64,000 nucleotides of DNA from Candidatus Omnitrophota bacterium (GTDB lineage: Bacteria; Omnitrophota; Gorgyraeia; Gorgyraeales; Gorgyraeaceae): positions 74,133 to 138,132 of the forward strand of contig JBDRCN010000001.1 of assembly GCA_043821705.1 (NCBI GenBank), given 5' to 3'. A model generated the notes under the pieces. The model had not been told where the DNA came from and made no database searches. It was given only the letters and a program-made list of their open reading frames with translations. Positions 44,371-52,446 of the stretch are shown one piece after another. Position 1 is the stretch's first letter, and each line of letters begins with the position of its first letter. Position numbers and translations under genes: made by a program.

Positions 44371-46096
44371 GCTACACATTCTTTTTTTGATTGTATTGAT
44401 ATTTGCTTCCATGAATATTAGGGATGGAGCGGATTTTGGTCGTTATGTAGAATGGAGCGATGTTGCTATTACGTCTAATATTTTTCATCTTGAAAACGAT
44501 GTTCAGTCTCCAATAGGAGTGCCTGTATCTAGTTGGTTCCCAGGCACAGGATTTATACTTGCGATAGGAAAATTACTGTTTAGGACAAAAACACCATTTT
44601 TATATAACATACACCCAATTGGAATGGTTGGTATGGCATATCTTTGGTTATTGTTTTCTTCTATTCTAGGTTTATTTATAAAACCAGAAGAAGGTTCGAA
44701 GTTTCTTTTCTTTTCTGCCATAGCTTTTTTTGCTACTCATATGGGCTATTATTCCTTAGCCCATAGTACAGAGTTTTTTTCTTATATATGTTTAGTAACC
44801 ATTATATATTGGGTCTTAAGGCCTAGGTCTTGGAAGACAATAGATGTCCTTCTTGTAGGAGCAGCTAGTGGGATTTTAATTTTAATTAGGCTCCCATTTT
44901 TTATTTTTACACTTATTCCTTTAAGCATAATGTGTTATTTTATAGCACAAGAGAAAGAAAAAACGAGTTTTGCCTACAAAAGTATTCGTATAATTTTACC
45001 TTTGTTAATGATAGCTTTAGCTATAGTTTATTCACTAATAGTATGGCATTGGATGACAGGTTCTTGGTTTGTTTCTCCTTGGATGTTTAAAGATGGTTTA
45101 TTCAAAAGTTTTGATTGGTCTCAACCCAAATTTTGGGTCCTTCTTATGCATCCTTGGCATGGCCTACTTACATATCATCCTTTTTATTTATTAGGTTTTA
45201 TAGCAGTTATAACCCAATTTTTTAAAGCTAAAAATAGAAAAATTAAATTTTTATATGGCGCGTTAATAATAGTTTTATTTCTATATATCTATTCTACAGC
45301 TTCCTATTTCTGTTTTTGGGCTGGTACAGGGACTTTTGGTTCTAGATATTTAGCAATTATAGCAATATTTTTAGTACTTATTACATTGATAAATATTGAG
45401 GACCAAAAAGAAAAGGATAGATTAAATGCTTGTTGGATCTTTCTGAGTACATGTTGTGCGCTTTGGTCTTATCTTTTGATGTTGAGATTCAATACACAGT
45501 TCTATACTTACTTTGAACTTTTAAATGCCCAACTGGAATATATCTTTGATCCAAAGATCATTATGCCTATGATTTTTATAGGACTTTCAACATTATTGTT
45601 AAGGAGGAAATTACTTAAAAATAACGAAGATAAAAAATTTGCTGTCGCAGGTATTTTTTTATTCTCGCTATGCATGTTTTATCTTATCATGAACGCTGTT
45701 TTTAGATATTTAAGATTCTTTCAGAAAGATTCAATAATTATAGAATCTATAGTTTTATTCATCTTACCGATATTCATCCCATTTTTAGTTAGTTCTTTAT
45801 GTAAAAAAAGATTTATAATCAAATTACCTTCCAGAACAGTAGAATCACTATTAATAGGTGTATTTCTTTTTGGTTACTTTTTTATTTCATTTTTATTTAT
45901 TAAGTTAGTGATCAATACAGAAAAACATATTGCAAAAGATACATTTAGTAGTCGTAGTTTCAAATATAGATCTAGTTTTAATCTGACAGAATTAGAAGGA
46001 ACTTATATTGAATTTTTAAAGGTTCCCGGGTTTGAAGAAGAAAAAAAATCGCTTTATCAGTTTTTAGAGAGACAAAAAGATATATCTAAGTTATGA
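44342..46096 (+). CDS. polytopic (~14 TM) membrane protein, putative GT-C-fold lipid-linked-sugar glycosyltransferase (tentative)
   Basis: 584 aa, very hydrophobic. The first extracytoplasmic loop carries the acidic motif RDGADFGRYVEW, reminiscent of the DE.RY/DE.HF motifs of ArnT/PMT-type GT-C enzymes. It overlaps the upstream gene by 29 nt, which suggests translational coupling. Confidence 0.35.
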   Translation: MIKKLIDKYKLHILFLIVLIFASMNIRDGADFGRYVEWSDVAITSNIFHLENDVQSPIGVPVSSWFPGTGFILAIGKLLFRTKTPFLYNIHPIGMVGMAYLWLLFSSILGLFIKPEEGSKFLFFSAIAFFATHMGYYSLAHSTEFFSYICLVTIIYWVLRPRSWKTIDVLLVGAASGILILIRLPFFIFTLIPLSIMCYFIAQEKEKTSFAYKSIRIILPLLMIALAIVYSLIVWHWMTGSWFVSPWMFKDGLFKSFDWSQPKFWVLLMHPWHGLLTYHPFYLLGFIAVITQFFKAKNRKIKFLYGALIIVLFLYIYSTASYFCFWAGTGTFGSRYLAIIAIFLVLITLINIEDQKEKDRLNACWIFLSTCCALWSYLLMLRFNTQFYTYFELLNAQLEYIFDPKIIMPMIFIGLSTLLLRRKLLKNNEDKKFAVAGIFLFSLCMFYLIMNAVFRYLRFFQKDSIIIESIVLFILPIFIPFLVSSLCKKRFIIKLPSRTVESLLIGVFLFGYFFISFLFIKLVINTEKHIAKDTFSSRSFKYRSSFNLTELEGTYIEFLKVPGFEEEKKSLYQFLERQKDISKL

Positions 46097-46118
46097 TTTT
46101 GTTCTTTATCAGTAATAC

Positions 46119-46147
46119 TTGAAAAGTACAATAATTAAGTATATAAT
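46119..46147 (+). promoter_or_regulatory. sigma-70-like promoter for tRNA-Ser (TTGAAA-N17-TATAAT)
   Basis: Consensus-like boxes. The predicted start is ~15 nt upstream of the tRNA 5' end. Confidence 0.55.
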
Positions 46148-46169
46148 AACTAGACTTATAGCGATTATC

Positions 46170-46259
46170 GGAGGAGTGGCAGAGCGGTTGAATGCGGCGG
46201 TCTTGAAAACCGTTATGGGCTTACGCTCATCGTGGGTTCGAATCCTACCTCCTCCGCCA
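46170..46259 (+). tRNA. tRNA-Ser (anticodon TGA), type II
   Basis: Acceptor GGAGGAG/CTCCTCC, anticodon stem GCGGT/ACCGT with loop CTTGAAA, T-loop TTCGAAT, discriminator G, encoded CCA. Confidence 0.85.
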
Positions 46260-46394
46260 TCCTACGTCTTTCACGAATGGTAAATAGAACGTCTGACTAC
46301 TGATGGCAGGCCATAATAGGATTCGAAGCGAACCTATCCTTTCGAACATACTTCTAATTGTCTAATCCGAGATAGTTTGGTATAATTTAATGAT

Positions 46395-46784
46395 ATGAAG
46401 ATATTGTTTGTTTGCGTAGAAAATTCATGTAGGTCTCAAATGGCAGAAGCTTTTTGTGATCATTTTTCTAAAGGCAGTATAGAAGCTTATAGTGCTGGAA
46501 GTAAACCTTCAGGGAAAGTGAATGAAACGGCTATAGAATTAATGAAAGACGCAGGGCTGGATATCTCTAGAGCTGAGTCAAAAGGTTTTTATGAATTACC
46601 CATTAAAGAGTTTGATTACGTTGTGAGTATGGGGTGTAAGGATACCTGTCCATTCGTCCCAGCAGAAAAACATATAGAATGGGATATTGAAGACCCAAAA
46701 GATAAGTCAATGGAAGTATTTATGAATGTCAGAGATGACATAAAAGAAAGTGTAAGAGCTTTAATAGAGGATATGATCATATGA
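46395..46784 (+). CDS. arsC: arsenate reductase, LMW-PTPase/thioredoxin-coupled type
   Basis: P-loop CVENSCRS (CX5R) plus the downstream cysteines GCKDTCP. 129 aa. An extended -10 TGGTATAAT lies at 46374-46382. Confidence 0.8.
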   Translation: MKILFVCVENSCRSQMAEAFCDHFSKGSIEAYSAGSKPSGKVNETAIELMKDAGLDISRAESKGFYELPIKEFDYVVSMGCKDTCPFVPAEKHIEWDIEDPKDKSMEVFMNVRDDIKESVRALIEDMII

Positions 46785-47737
46785 TACAGAAATTTGCTGA
46801 TTTTTTAGTGTATTCAGTCCTTAAGCTTAACCCTGAAACAAGAATAGGAGAGTCTATAAACTTTTTCATCTATGATTCCATAAAGATACTTTTACTATTA
46901 TTTTTCATGATAGCTATTATAGGATTTTTCAGGACTTATATGCCTCAGGAAAAAGTAAAGAAGTGGGTATCTGGAAAAGGGATCCTGGGAAATCTTATAG
47001 CAGCTATTTTTGGCTCTGTGACACCGTTCTGTTCATGTTCTTCGATCCCGATATTCTTCGGTTTTCTCGAGGCTGGCATACCCCTAGGTATAACTTTTTC
47101 ATTCCTAATAACTTCTCCTTTGATCAATGAATATCTAGTGGTTTTAATGCTAGGGTTTTTTGGATGGAAGATAACAGTTCTTTATGTATTGAGCGGCATA
47201 TTGATAGGTGTGGTTTCTGGAGCAATACTCGGGAAAATGAAACTAGAACGCTATATTGTAAAAGATCTAGTTTCTAAAGGACCAGCATCTTGCGGTTGTA
47301 AGACATATAATACAATTAAACAACGAGTGATCTTTGGTATTAATGAGGCAGTATCTATTGTTAAAAAAGTCTGGATATGGGTACTTGTAGGAGTAGGCAT
47401 AGGATCAGTTATCCATAATTACATACCTCAAGAAACAATACATTCTATTATCAGCAAGACTGGTATTTTCTCAGTTCCAATAGCAGCTATCCTAGGTGTG
47501 CCAATGTATGGAAATTGTGCTGCAATAGTACCTATAGCAGTAGTGCTTTTTCGTAAAGGCATTCCTCTGGGGACAGCACTTACCTTCATGATGGCAACAG
47601 TAGCTTTAAGTTTTCCCGAGGCAGTAATACTTAAGAGGACAATGAAATTAAAGCTCGTTATAATCTTCTTCACAGTAACTACACTCGCAATTATCATCAC
47701 AGGCTACATCTTCAACTTCCTGCAATATATAATGTAA
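46781..47737 (+). CDS. DUF318/YraQ-family permease, ArsP-like organoarsenical efflux permease
   Basis: Eight TM helices with the TPFCSCSSIP vicinal-cysteine motif in a TM helix. It overlaps the arsC stop. Confidence 0.65.
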   Translation: MIQKFADFLVYSVLKLNPETRIGESINFFIYDSIKILLLLFFMIAIIGFFRTYMPQEKVKKWVSGKGILGNLIAAIFGSVTPFCSCSSIPIFFGFLEAGIPLGITFSFLITSPLINEYLVVLMLGFFGWKITVLYVLSGILIGVVSGAILGKMKLERYIVKDLVSKGPASCGCKTYNTIKQRVIFGINEAVSIVKKVWIWVLVGVGIGSVIHNYIPQETIHSIISKTGIFSVPIAAILGVPMYGNCAAIVPIAVVLFRKGIPLGTALTFMMATVALSFPEAVILKRTMKLKLVIIFFTVTTLAIIITGYIFNFLQYIM

Positions 47738-47747
47738 CCTAACCCTA

Positions 47748-47924
47748 GCCTGTGACCTTTGGCGCTGGAACACCGCGCCGTGTTCTACGGTTTAGAGCTC
47801 GCTCTACGAATAGAGCTTTCGCCTTTAGTTAGGCTCGATCTCGCTCTAAAACCTTGAACACTTCATGCTTAAATGCTACAGGATGCCGCTATGTTCCTAA
47901 TGCGCCAAAGGCTCCCAGCCCAGG
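47748..47924 (-). repeat. Repeat family A, copy 3 (reverse orientation)
   Basis: The reverse complement aligns with 3795-3945. The terminal stem reads CTTTGGCGC/GCGCCAAAG, a third compensatory variant. Confidence 0.85.
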
Positions 47925-48017
47925 TTTGGTTATAGCGTAATTCTAACCTGGTTAGAAATGGCAGATTAGCAGCGGATGGCTTGGCTTACCCCTAGAAGCA
48001 TCTTGAAAGTTCGAGCG

Positions 48018-48130
48018 GCCTGCCCTCCGAAGCTTTAGCGTAGGAGGGGCATGGTCCCCGCCTATTTTAGCATAATGCGGGGGAGCGAAAAAAAGCATGA
48101 AGCGAAGGATTCCCTCGCTGGGGGAATCCA
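48018..48130. repeat. GC-rich triple stem-loop region
   Basis: Three consecutive hairpins: GCCCTCC...GGAGGGGC, CCCCGC...GCGGGG and GGATTCCC...GGGAATCC. The region is GC-rich relative to its surroundings. None of the hairpins has a trailing T-run. Confidence 0.6.
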
Positions 48131-48203
48131 AGCGGTGCTGCGAGAATAAGACAAGACATATCGCTAATAGCTTATGGGAAATTTTCTATATCAGCCGAAC
48201 GCC

Positions 48204-48232
48204 TTGACAATAAAAGGGTTCTGTAGTACTAT
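48204..48232 (+). promoter_or_regulatory. sigma-70-like promoter (TTGACA-N17-TACTAT)
   Basis: Located upstream of the 48257 gene. Confidence 0.5.
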
Positions 48233-48256
48233 GCCTTTAACATAACCAAGGATAAT

Positions 48257-48820
48257 ATGTTTATAAAGTCATTCCTTTTAATAATCTTACCTCTATCTAT
48301 GGTTTTCTCCAGTGTGCCAGCTTTTGCATTCCAGAGAGCTCTCATTAGCTGGGAGGAGGGCGTTCTAACCCCTGCTCCATACAGTGAATTCTATAATATA
48401 TTAAATAGCAAGAATATAGCATCTATAGAGGGCTATGCAGAGTGGTTAAAAGATAATTTTCAGTATAAAAAAGATGTCTCAGGGGATTATTGGGCGAAAC
48501 CAGAAGAAACTCTTTTAGAAAAAACCGGAGATTGCGAAGATTTTGCTTTTTTAAATCAAGCAGCACTACGCCTATTTGGTTATAAAAGCGAGGTCTTTAT
48601 CGTAAAGCCTCTTAAAACAATTACACTACATGCAATATGCGTATTTAAAAAAGACGGGAAGTATGTATATTTTGATAACACTTCTTTTAAAAAAACAGAC
48701 TTAGTTTCTTTAGAAGAATTTAAGGAATTTTTAGATAAAAGATATGGGATGAGATTTTCTTATATACTTAATCTCGGTACAAAACCAGCAGGAGGAGACA
48801 AGTGGGTATCAAAAAGATAG
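48257..48820 (+). CDS. secreted transglutaminase-like (papain-fold) domain protein
   Basis: Signal peptide. The Cys-His-Asp core has typical spacing (TGDCEDFAF ... LHAICVF ... YFDN). Confidence 0.5.
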   Translation: MFIKSFLLIILPLSMVFSSVPAFAFQRALISWEEGVLTPAPYSEFYNILNSKNIASIEGYAEWLKDNFQYKKDVSGDYWAKPEETLLEKTGDCEDFAFLNQAALRLFGYKSEVFIVKPLKTITLHAICVFKKDGKYVYFDNTSFKKTDLVSLEEFKEFLDKRYGMRFSYILNLGTKPAGGDKWVSKR

Positions 48821-49767
48821 TCAGCATTATCTTAATAGTATTGGTGGCATTTTTTGTTATAGGGATAGTTAAAGACCAGGTAATAAAAGGAGCTATTACT
48901 ACAATAGGCTCAAATATACTCGGAGCTAAGATAAAGATAGATGGATTTTCACTTGGGATATTTACTCAATCTGTAAGGATAAAAGGTTTTAAGATCTATA
49001 ATCCTGAAGGATTCCCAAAGGAAGTACTTGTTGATATTCCGACTATATATGTTGATTATGACTTAGGTGCGATACTAAAGAAAAAGATACATTTAAGAAA
49101 AATAGTTTTTGATCTAAAAGAAGTAACAATTATTAAGAATAAAGACGGGGTGCTAAATGTAGATTCTCTTAAGGTAGCTAAGAAAGAAGAAACATCTAAA
49201 AAAGAAGCAAAAAAAGATTCTCAAGATATGCCTTTAGAGATAGATGTGGCAATTCTTAGTATAGGCAAAGCAGTATTTAAGGATTTTAGTGGAGGGGATA
49301 AGCCAAAAGTTGAAGTCTTTGATGTAGGAATAAAGGAAAAAAAGTATAAAAATATAAAGAGCGCTCAGCAGTTAGCTACGCTGATATTTGTAGAAGCTAT
49401 GAAAGCAACTACTATAAAAAGTGCCTTAATATACGGGGCTGCTACTATAGCAGGAGCAGCAATTCTTCCAGTAGGGGTAGCAGCAGTATTGACAGGTAAG
49501 GACAGTGTAGAAGAGACTTTTAGTTTGGGTTATGAAAAAGTGTATGCTACTACTCTTGCAGTATTAGGTGAGATGGGAAGCATTACATCAGAAGATAAGG
49601 CTATAGGCGAAGTAAAGGGTAAAGTATCTGGAAGCAGCGTTACAATAAAATTTATAGAGGAAGATAAAAACTCAACTAAAGTTACTATATCAGCAAGACA
49701 GCTTATGCTTCCGAAGCCAAAGATCGCAGGAGGAGTTCTTTTTGAGATCACTAATAGATTGAAATAA
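48802..49767 (+). CDS. membrane-anchored hypothetical protein (AsmA/DUF748-like N-terminus)
   Basis: N-terminal TM anchor followed by a beta-rich region. Similarity is weak. Confidence 0.3.
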   Translation: MGIKKIVSIILIVLVAFFVIGIVKDQVIKGAITTIGSNILGAKIKIDGFSLGIFTQSVRIKGFKIYNPEGFPKEVLVDIPTIYVDYDLGAILKKKIHLRKIVFDLKEVTIIKNKDGVLNVDSLKVAKKEETSKKEAKKDSQDMPLEIDVAILSIGKAVFKDFSGGDKPKVEVFDVGIKEKKYKNIKSAQQLATLIFVEAMKATTIKSALIYGAATIAGAAILPVGVAAVLTGKDSVEETFSLGYEKVYATTLAVLGEMGSITSEDKAIGEVKGKVSGSSVTIKFIEEDKNSTKVTISARQLMLPKPKIAGGVLFEITNRLK

Positions 49768-49785
49768 TACACAAGGAGAGATGAC

Positions 49786-51105
49786 ATGATCCCAAAACTT
49801 ATTAATTTTTTAAAAACAGATATCTGGAGGATAAAATTAAAAAATCTTCCTTTTAGAAAGTCTTTTTTAATAAAACAACTTAGAGTAGTGCTAGTGGCTA
49901 TACGCGGGTTCGATGAAGATAAATGTCAGCTAAGGGCATCAGCGTTGACATTTTACAGCCTTCTCTCTATTGTACCAGTTGCTGCTATGGCTTTTGGCAT
50001 AGCAAAAGGATTTGGTTTTGAAAAGATGCTGGAGAAGCAACTTCTCTCAAAATTTACAGGACAAGAAGAAATACTTACGCAGGTTGTAAGTTTTTCCAAT
50101 AGGCTTCTAGAGAACACTAGAGGTGGTATGGTAGCTGGTATCGGTGTAGCCATACTCTTTTGGACAGTTATAAAAGTCTTAGGGAATATTGAGAAATCAT
50201 TTAATGATATATGGGGTATTAAGGATCAGCGTTCTATGGGAAGAAGATTTAGTGATTACCTTTCAATAATGCTACTCTGTCCCATACTTTTTATCATGGC
50301 TTCAAGTGTCACTGTATTTATAACCGCACAGATTACACTTATCACCCAAAAGATATCCTTGTTAGGCGCTATAAGCCCATTGATATTTCTTGTGTTAAAA
50401 TTTCTCCCATATTGCGTGATATGGTTCATGTTTACATTTATTTACATATTTATGCCTAATACAAAAGTGAGTTTTAAATCAGGGCTTTTAGGAGGGATTA
50501 TCGCTGGTACTATCTATCAGATCGCACAGTGGGGATATATAGGTTTTCAGATAGGAATGGCAAAGTATAATGCTATATATGGAAGCTTTGCAGCTTTACC
50601 TTTATTTCTGATGTGGCTTCAGATAAGCTGGCTTATAGTTTTGCTTGGCGCAGAGATATCATTTGCATCTCAGAACATAGAGACGTATGAATTTGAGCCA
50701 GATTGTTTAGGGGTCAGCTACTCTTTTAAGAAACTTCTCTCGCTGCGTATAACACATCTTTTGACCCAGAACTTTACCAAAGGAGAAAAACCTATTACTG
50801 CTACAGAGATCTCGCATATATTAGAGATCCCTATTAAGCTGGTGCGCCAGATACTATATGAACTAGTTAATGCTGGGATATTATCTGAAAGTCATACATC
50901 TAATTATAAGCAAGTAGCTTTTCAGCCTGGCAGGGATGTGAGTGAATTGACCTTACAGCGTGTCATAGATATTATAGAAGACCATGGGACGAGTGATCTA
51001 GAAGTAGGCAAGTCAAAAGAACTAGATAAGATATCCTCGTCGTTAAAAGGTTTTAGTGAAGTGATAGCAAAGTCACAATTGGATATCCCCTTAAAGAGTA
51101 TATAA
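49786..51105 (+). CDS. YihY/BrkB-family inner membrane protein with C-terminal winged-helix-like extension
   Basis: Family N-terminus LRASALTFYSLLSIVP. Six TM helices. The ~130 aa soluble C-terminal tail is unusual for the family. Confidence 0.7.
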   Translation: MIPKLINFLKTDIWRIKLKNLPFRKSFLIKQLRVVLVAIRGFDEDKCQLRASALTFYSLLSIVPVAAMAFGIAKGFGFEKMLEKQLLSKFTGQEEILTQVVSFSNRLLENTRGGMVAGIGVAILFWTVIKVLGNIEKSFNDIWGIKDQRSMGRRFSDYLSIMLLCPILFIMASSVTVFITAQITLITQKISLLGAISPLIFLVLKFLPYCVIWFMFTFIYIFMPNTKVSFKSGLLGGIIAGTIYQIAQWGYIGFQIGMAKYNAIYGSFAALPLFLMWLQISWLIVLLGAEISFASQNIETYEFEPDCLGVSYSFKKLLSLRITHLLTQNFTKGEKPITATEISHILEIPIKLVRQILYELVNAGILSESHTSNYKQVAFQPGRDVSELTLQRVIDIIEDHGTSDLEVGKSKELDKISSSLKGFSEVIAKSQLDIPLKSI

Positions 51106-51123
51106 GTATTATTTGAAAGGAAA

Positions 51124-51597
51124 TTGAATATGGAGCAAGATAAAATAAATATACTGATTATTGGTGGTGGAAAAGGAGGAACTTCTCTTATTGATCTCTT
51201 TAGAGAAGATGAAGCTGTGAATATTCTAGGCATTTGTGATGTTGATCTAGATGCACCAGGAATAAAGCTTGCAGAAAAATACAATATTCCTACTGCAAAG
51301 GACTGGAAGAAATTTATAAAGGATAGCTCTTTGAGCGAGATATTCGATGTTACAGGGAATGCTAAAGTTTTTAAAGCATTAGAACTAGAAAAACCTAAGA
51401 ATGTAGGCTTAGTTGGTGGGCCAAGCAGCAGGATGATATGGCAGCTTATAGAACAACGCAGAAGCTCACAAGAAGAGCTAATGAAAAAGATAAATTCCTT
51501 AGAATTATTCCAGAAAGTTTCAGTGGGAAGAGAGTTAAAAATGGTCGAGTTAAAAGAAAAAATTAAAGAATTAGAAAAAAGGCTTCAGGAAAGATAA
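51124..51597 (+). CDS. small protein: truncated Rossmann-like N-domain (IIGGGKGG) + C-terminal coiled-coil tail shared with the downstream PAS protein
   Basis: 157 aa. The C-terminal 32 aa (SVGRELKMVELKEKIKELEKRLQER) is near-identical to the C-terminus of the 51601 product. Confidence 0.5.
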   Translation: MNMEQDKINILIIGGGKGGTSLIDLFREDEAVNILGICDVDLDAPGIKLAEKYNIPTAKDWKKFIKDSSLSEIFDVTGNAKVFKALELEKPKNVGLVGGPSSRMIWQLIEQRRSSQEELMKKINSLELFQKVSVGRELKMVELKEKIKELEKRLQER

Positions 51598-51600
51598 CAT

Positions 51601-52446
51601 ATGAGTGCATTAGATAATAATTACAATATACTAGAAAAATGTATAGATCTCATGGATCTTATAGGGGTCTCTATAAACAGAGAGAAAAAAGTAACCTTTA
51701 TCAATGAAGAAGGATGTAAGATCTTAGGATATAAAAAAGAAGAGCTTATAGGTAGAAGTGTGTTTGAATTTATCCATCCTGACGATACAAAAAGGCTTTT
51801 ACCGCTTTTAGCAAGATATATAGCTAAAAAGACAAAAGATTTTTTGATGAGACAAAATAATCCTATCTATGAAATCTTTGAATATAGGCTTAAAGATAAA
51901 AATGGGAACTGGCATGATTTTGAGTGTACTGCGAACCCGAGCGGGGATAAGATAGTATTTATATCAAAAGATATAACGCTTCGTAAAGAAAGCCAAAAAG
52001 GCATATTAGAAATTTCAAAGTTCCCTGAAGAAAATCCAAACCCAGTATTGAGGATTAGTTCTGATGGCACTGTTCTCTACAAAAATGAAGCTACTGATAA
52101 GATCTTAAAAGAGAGCAAGGTCTTAGAAAATGATATTTATAGTATTTTACCTAAAGATATACATTTAATTATCGCAAAATCTCTAGAAGAAGAAAGAGTT
52201 ATCTCTGATCTGGAGATGATCTTAGAAGAGAGGACTTTTTCTTATTCAGTAGTGCCAGTAAAAGATAGCGGTTATGTAAACCTATATGCTAATGATATCA
52301 CTGAACGTAAGGATATAGACAGGCAGCTTAGAATGAAAATAGCTGATCTAGAAAAATTCCATAGCCTTTCTGTGGGAAGAGAATTGAAGATGATAGAGCT
52401 CAAGAAAAAGATAAGGCTTCTAGAAGAAAGGATAAAAGAAAGATGA
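51601..52446 (+). CDS. tandem PAS-domain protein with C-terminal coiled-coil tail (no output domain)
   Basis: PAS 1 spans residues ~10-120 (INEEGCKILGYKKEELIGRSVFEFIHPDD). PAS 2 spans ~150-260 (NPNPVLRISSDGTVLYKNEA). The tail is SVGRELKMIELKKKIRLLEERIKER. The stop overlaps the kinase start (ATGA). Confidence 0.8.
   Translation: MSALDNNYNILEKCIDLMDLIGVSINREKKVTFINEEGCKILGYKKEELIGRSVFEFIHPDDTKRLLPLLARYIAKKTKDFLMRQNNPIYEIFEYRLKDKNGNWHDFECTANPSGDKIVFISKDITLRKESQKGILEISKFPEENPNPVLRISSDGTVLYKNEATDKILKESKVLENDIYSILPKDIHLIIAKSLEEERVISDLEMILEERTFSYSVVPVKDSGYVNLYANDITERKDIDRQLRMKIADLEKFHSLSVGRELKMIELKKKIRLLEERIKER

Noticed and set aside
38656-46170. Classical tRNA-inserted prophage or integrative element
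   Set aside because: No integrase, excisionase, phage or conjugation genes occur anywhere in the window. The flanks are two complete, different tRNA-Ser genes rather than a tRNA plus a partial 3' direct repeat. The block is therefore reported only as a compositionally distinct cassette.
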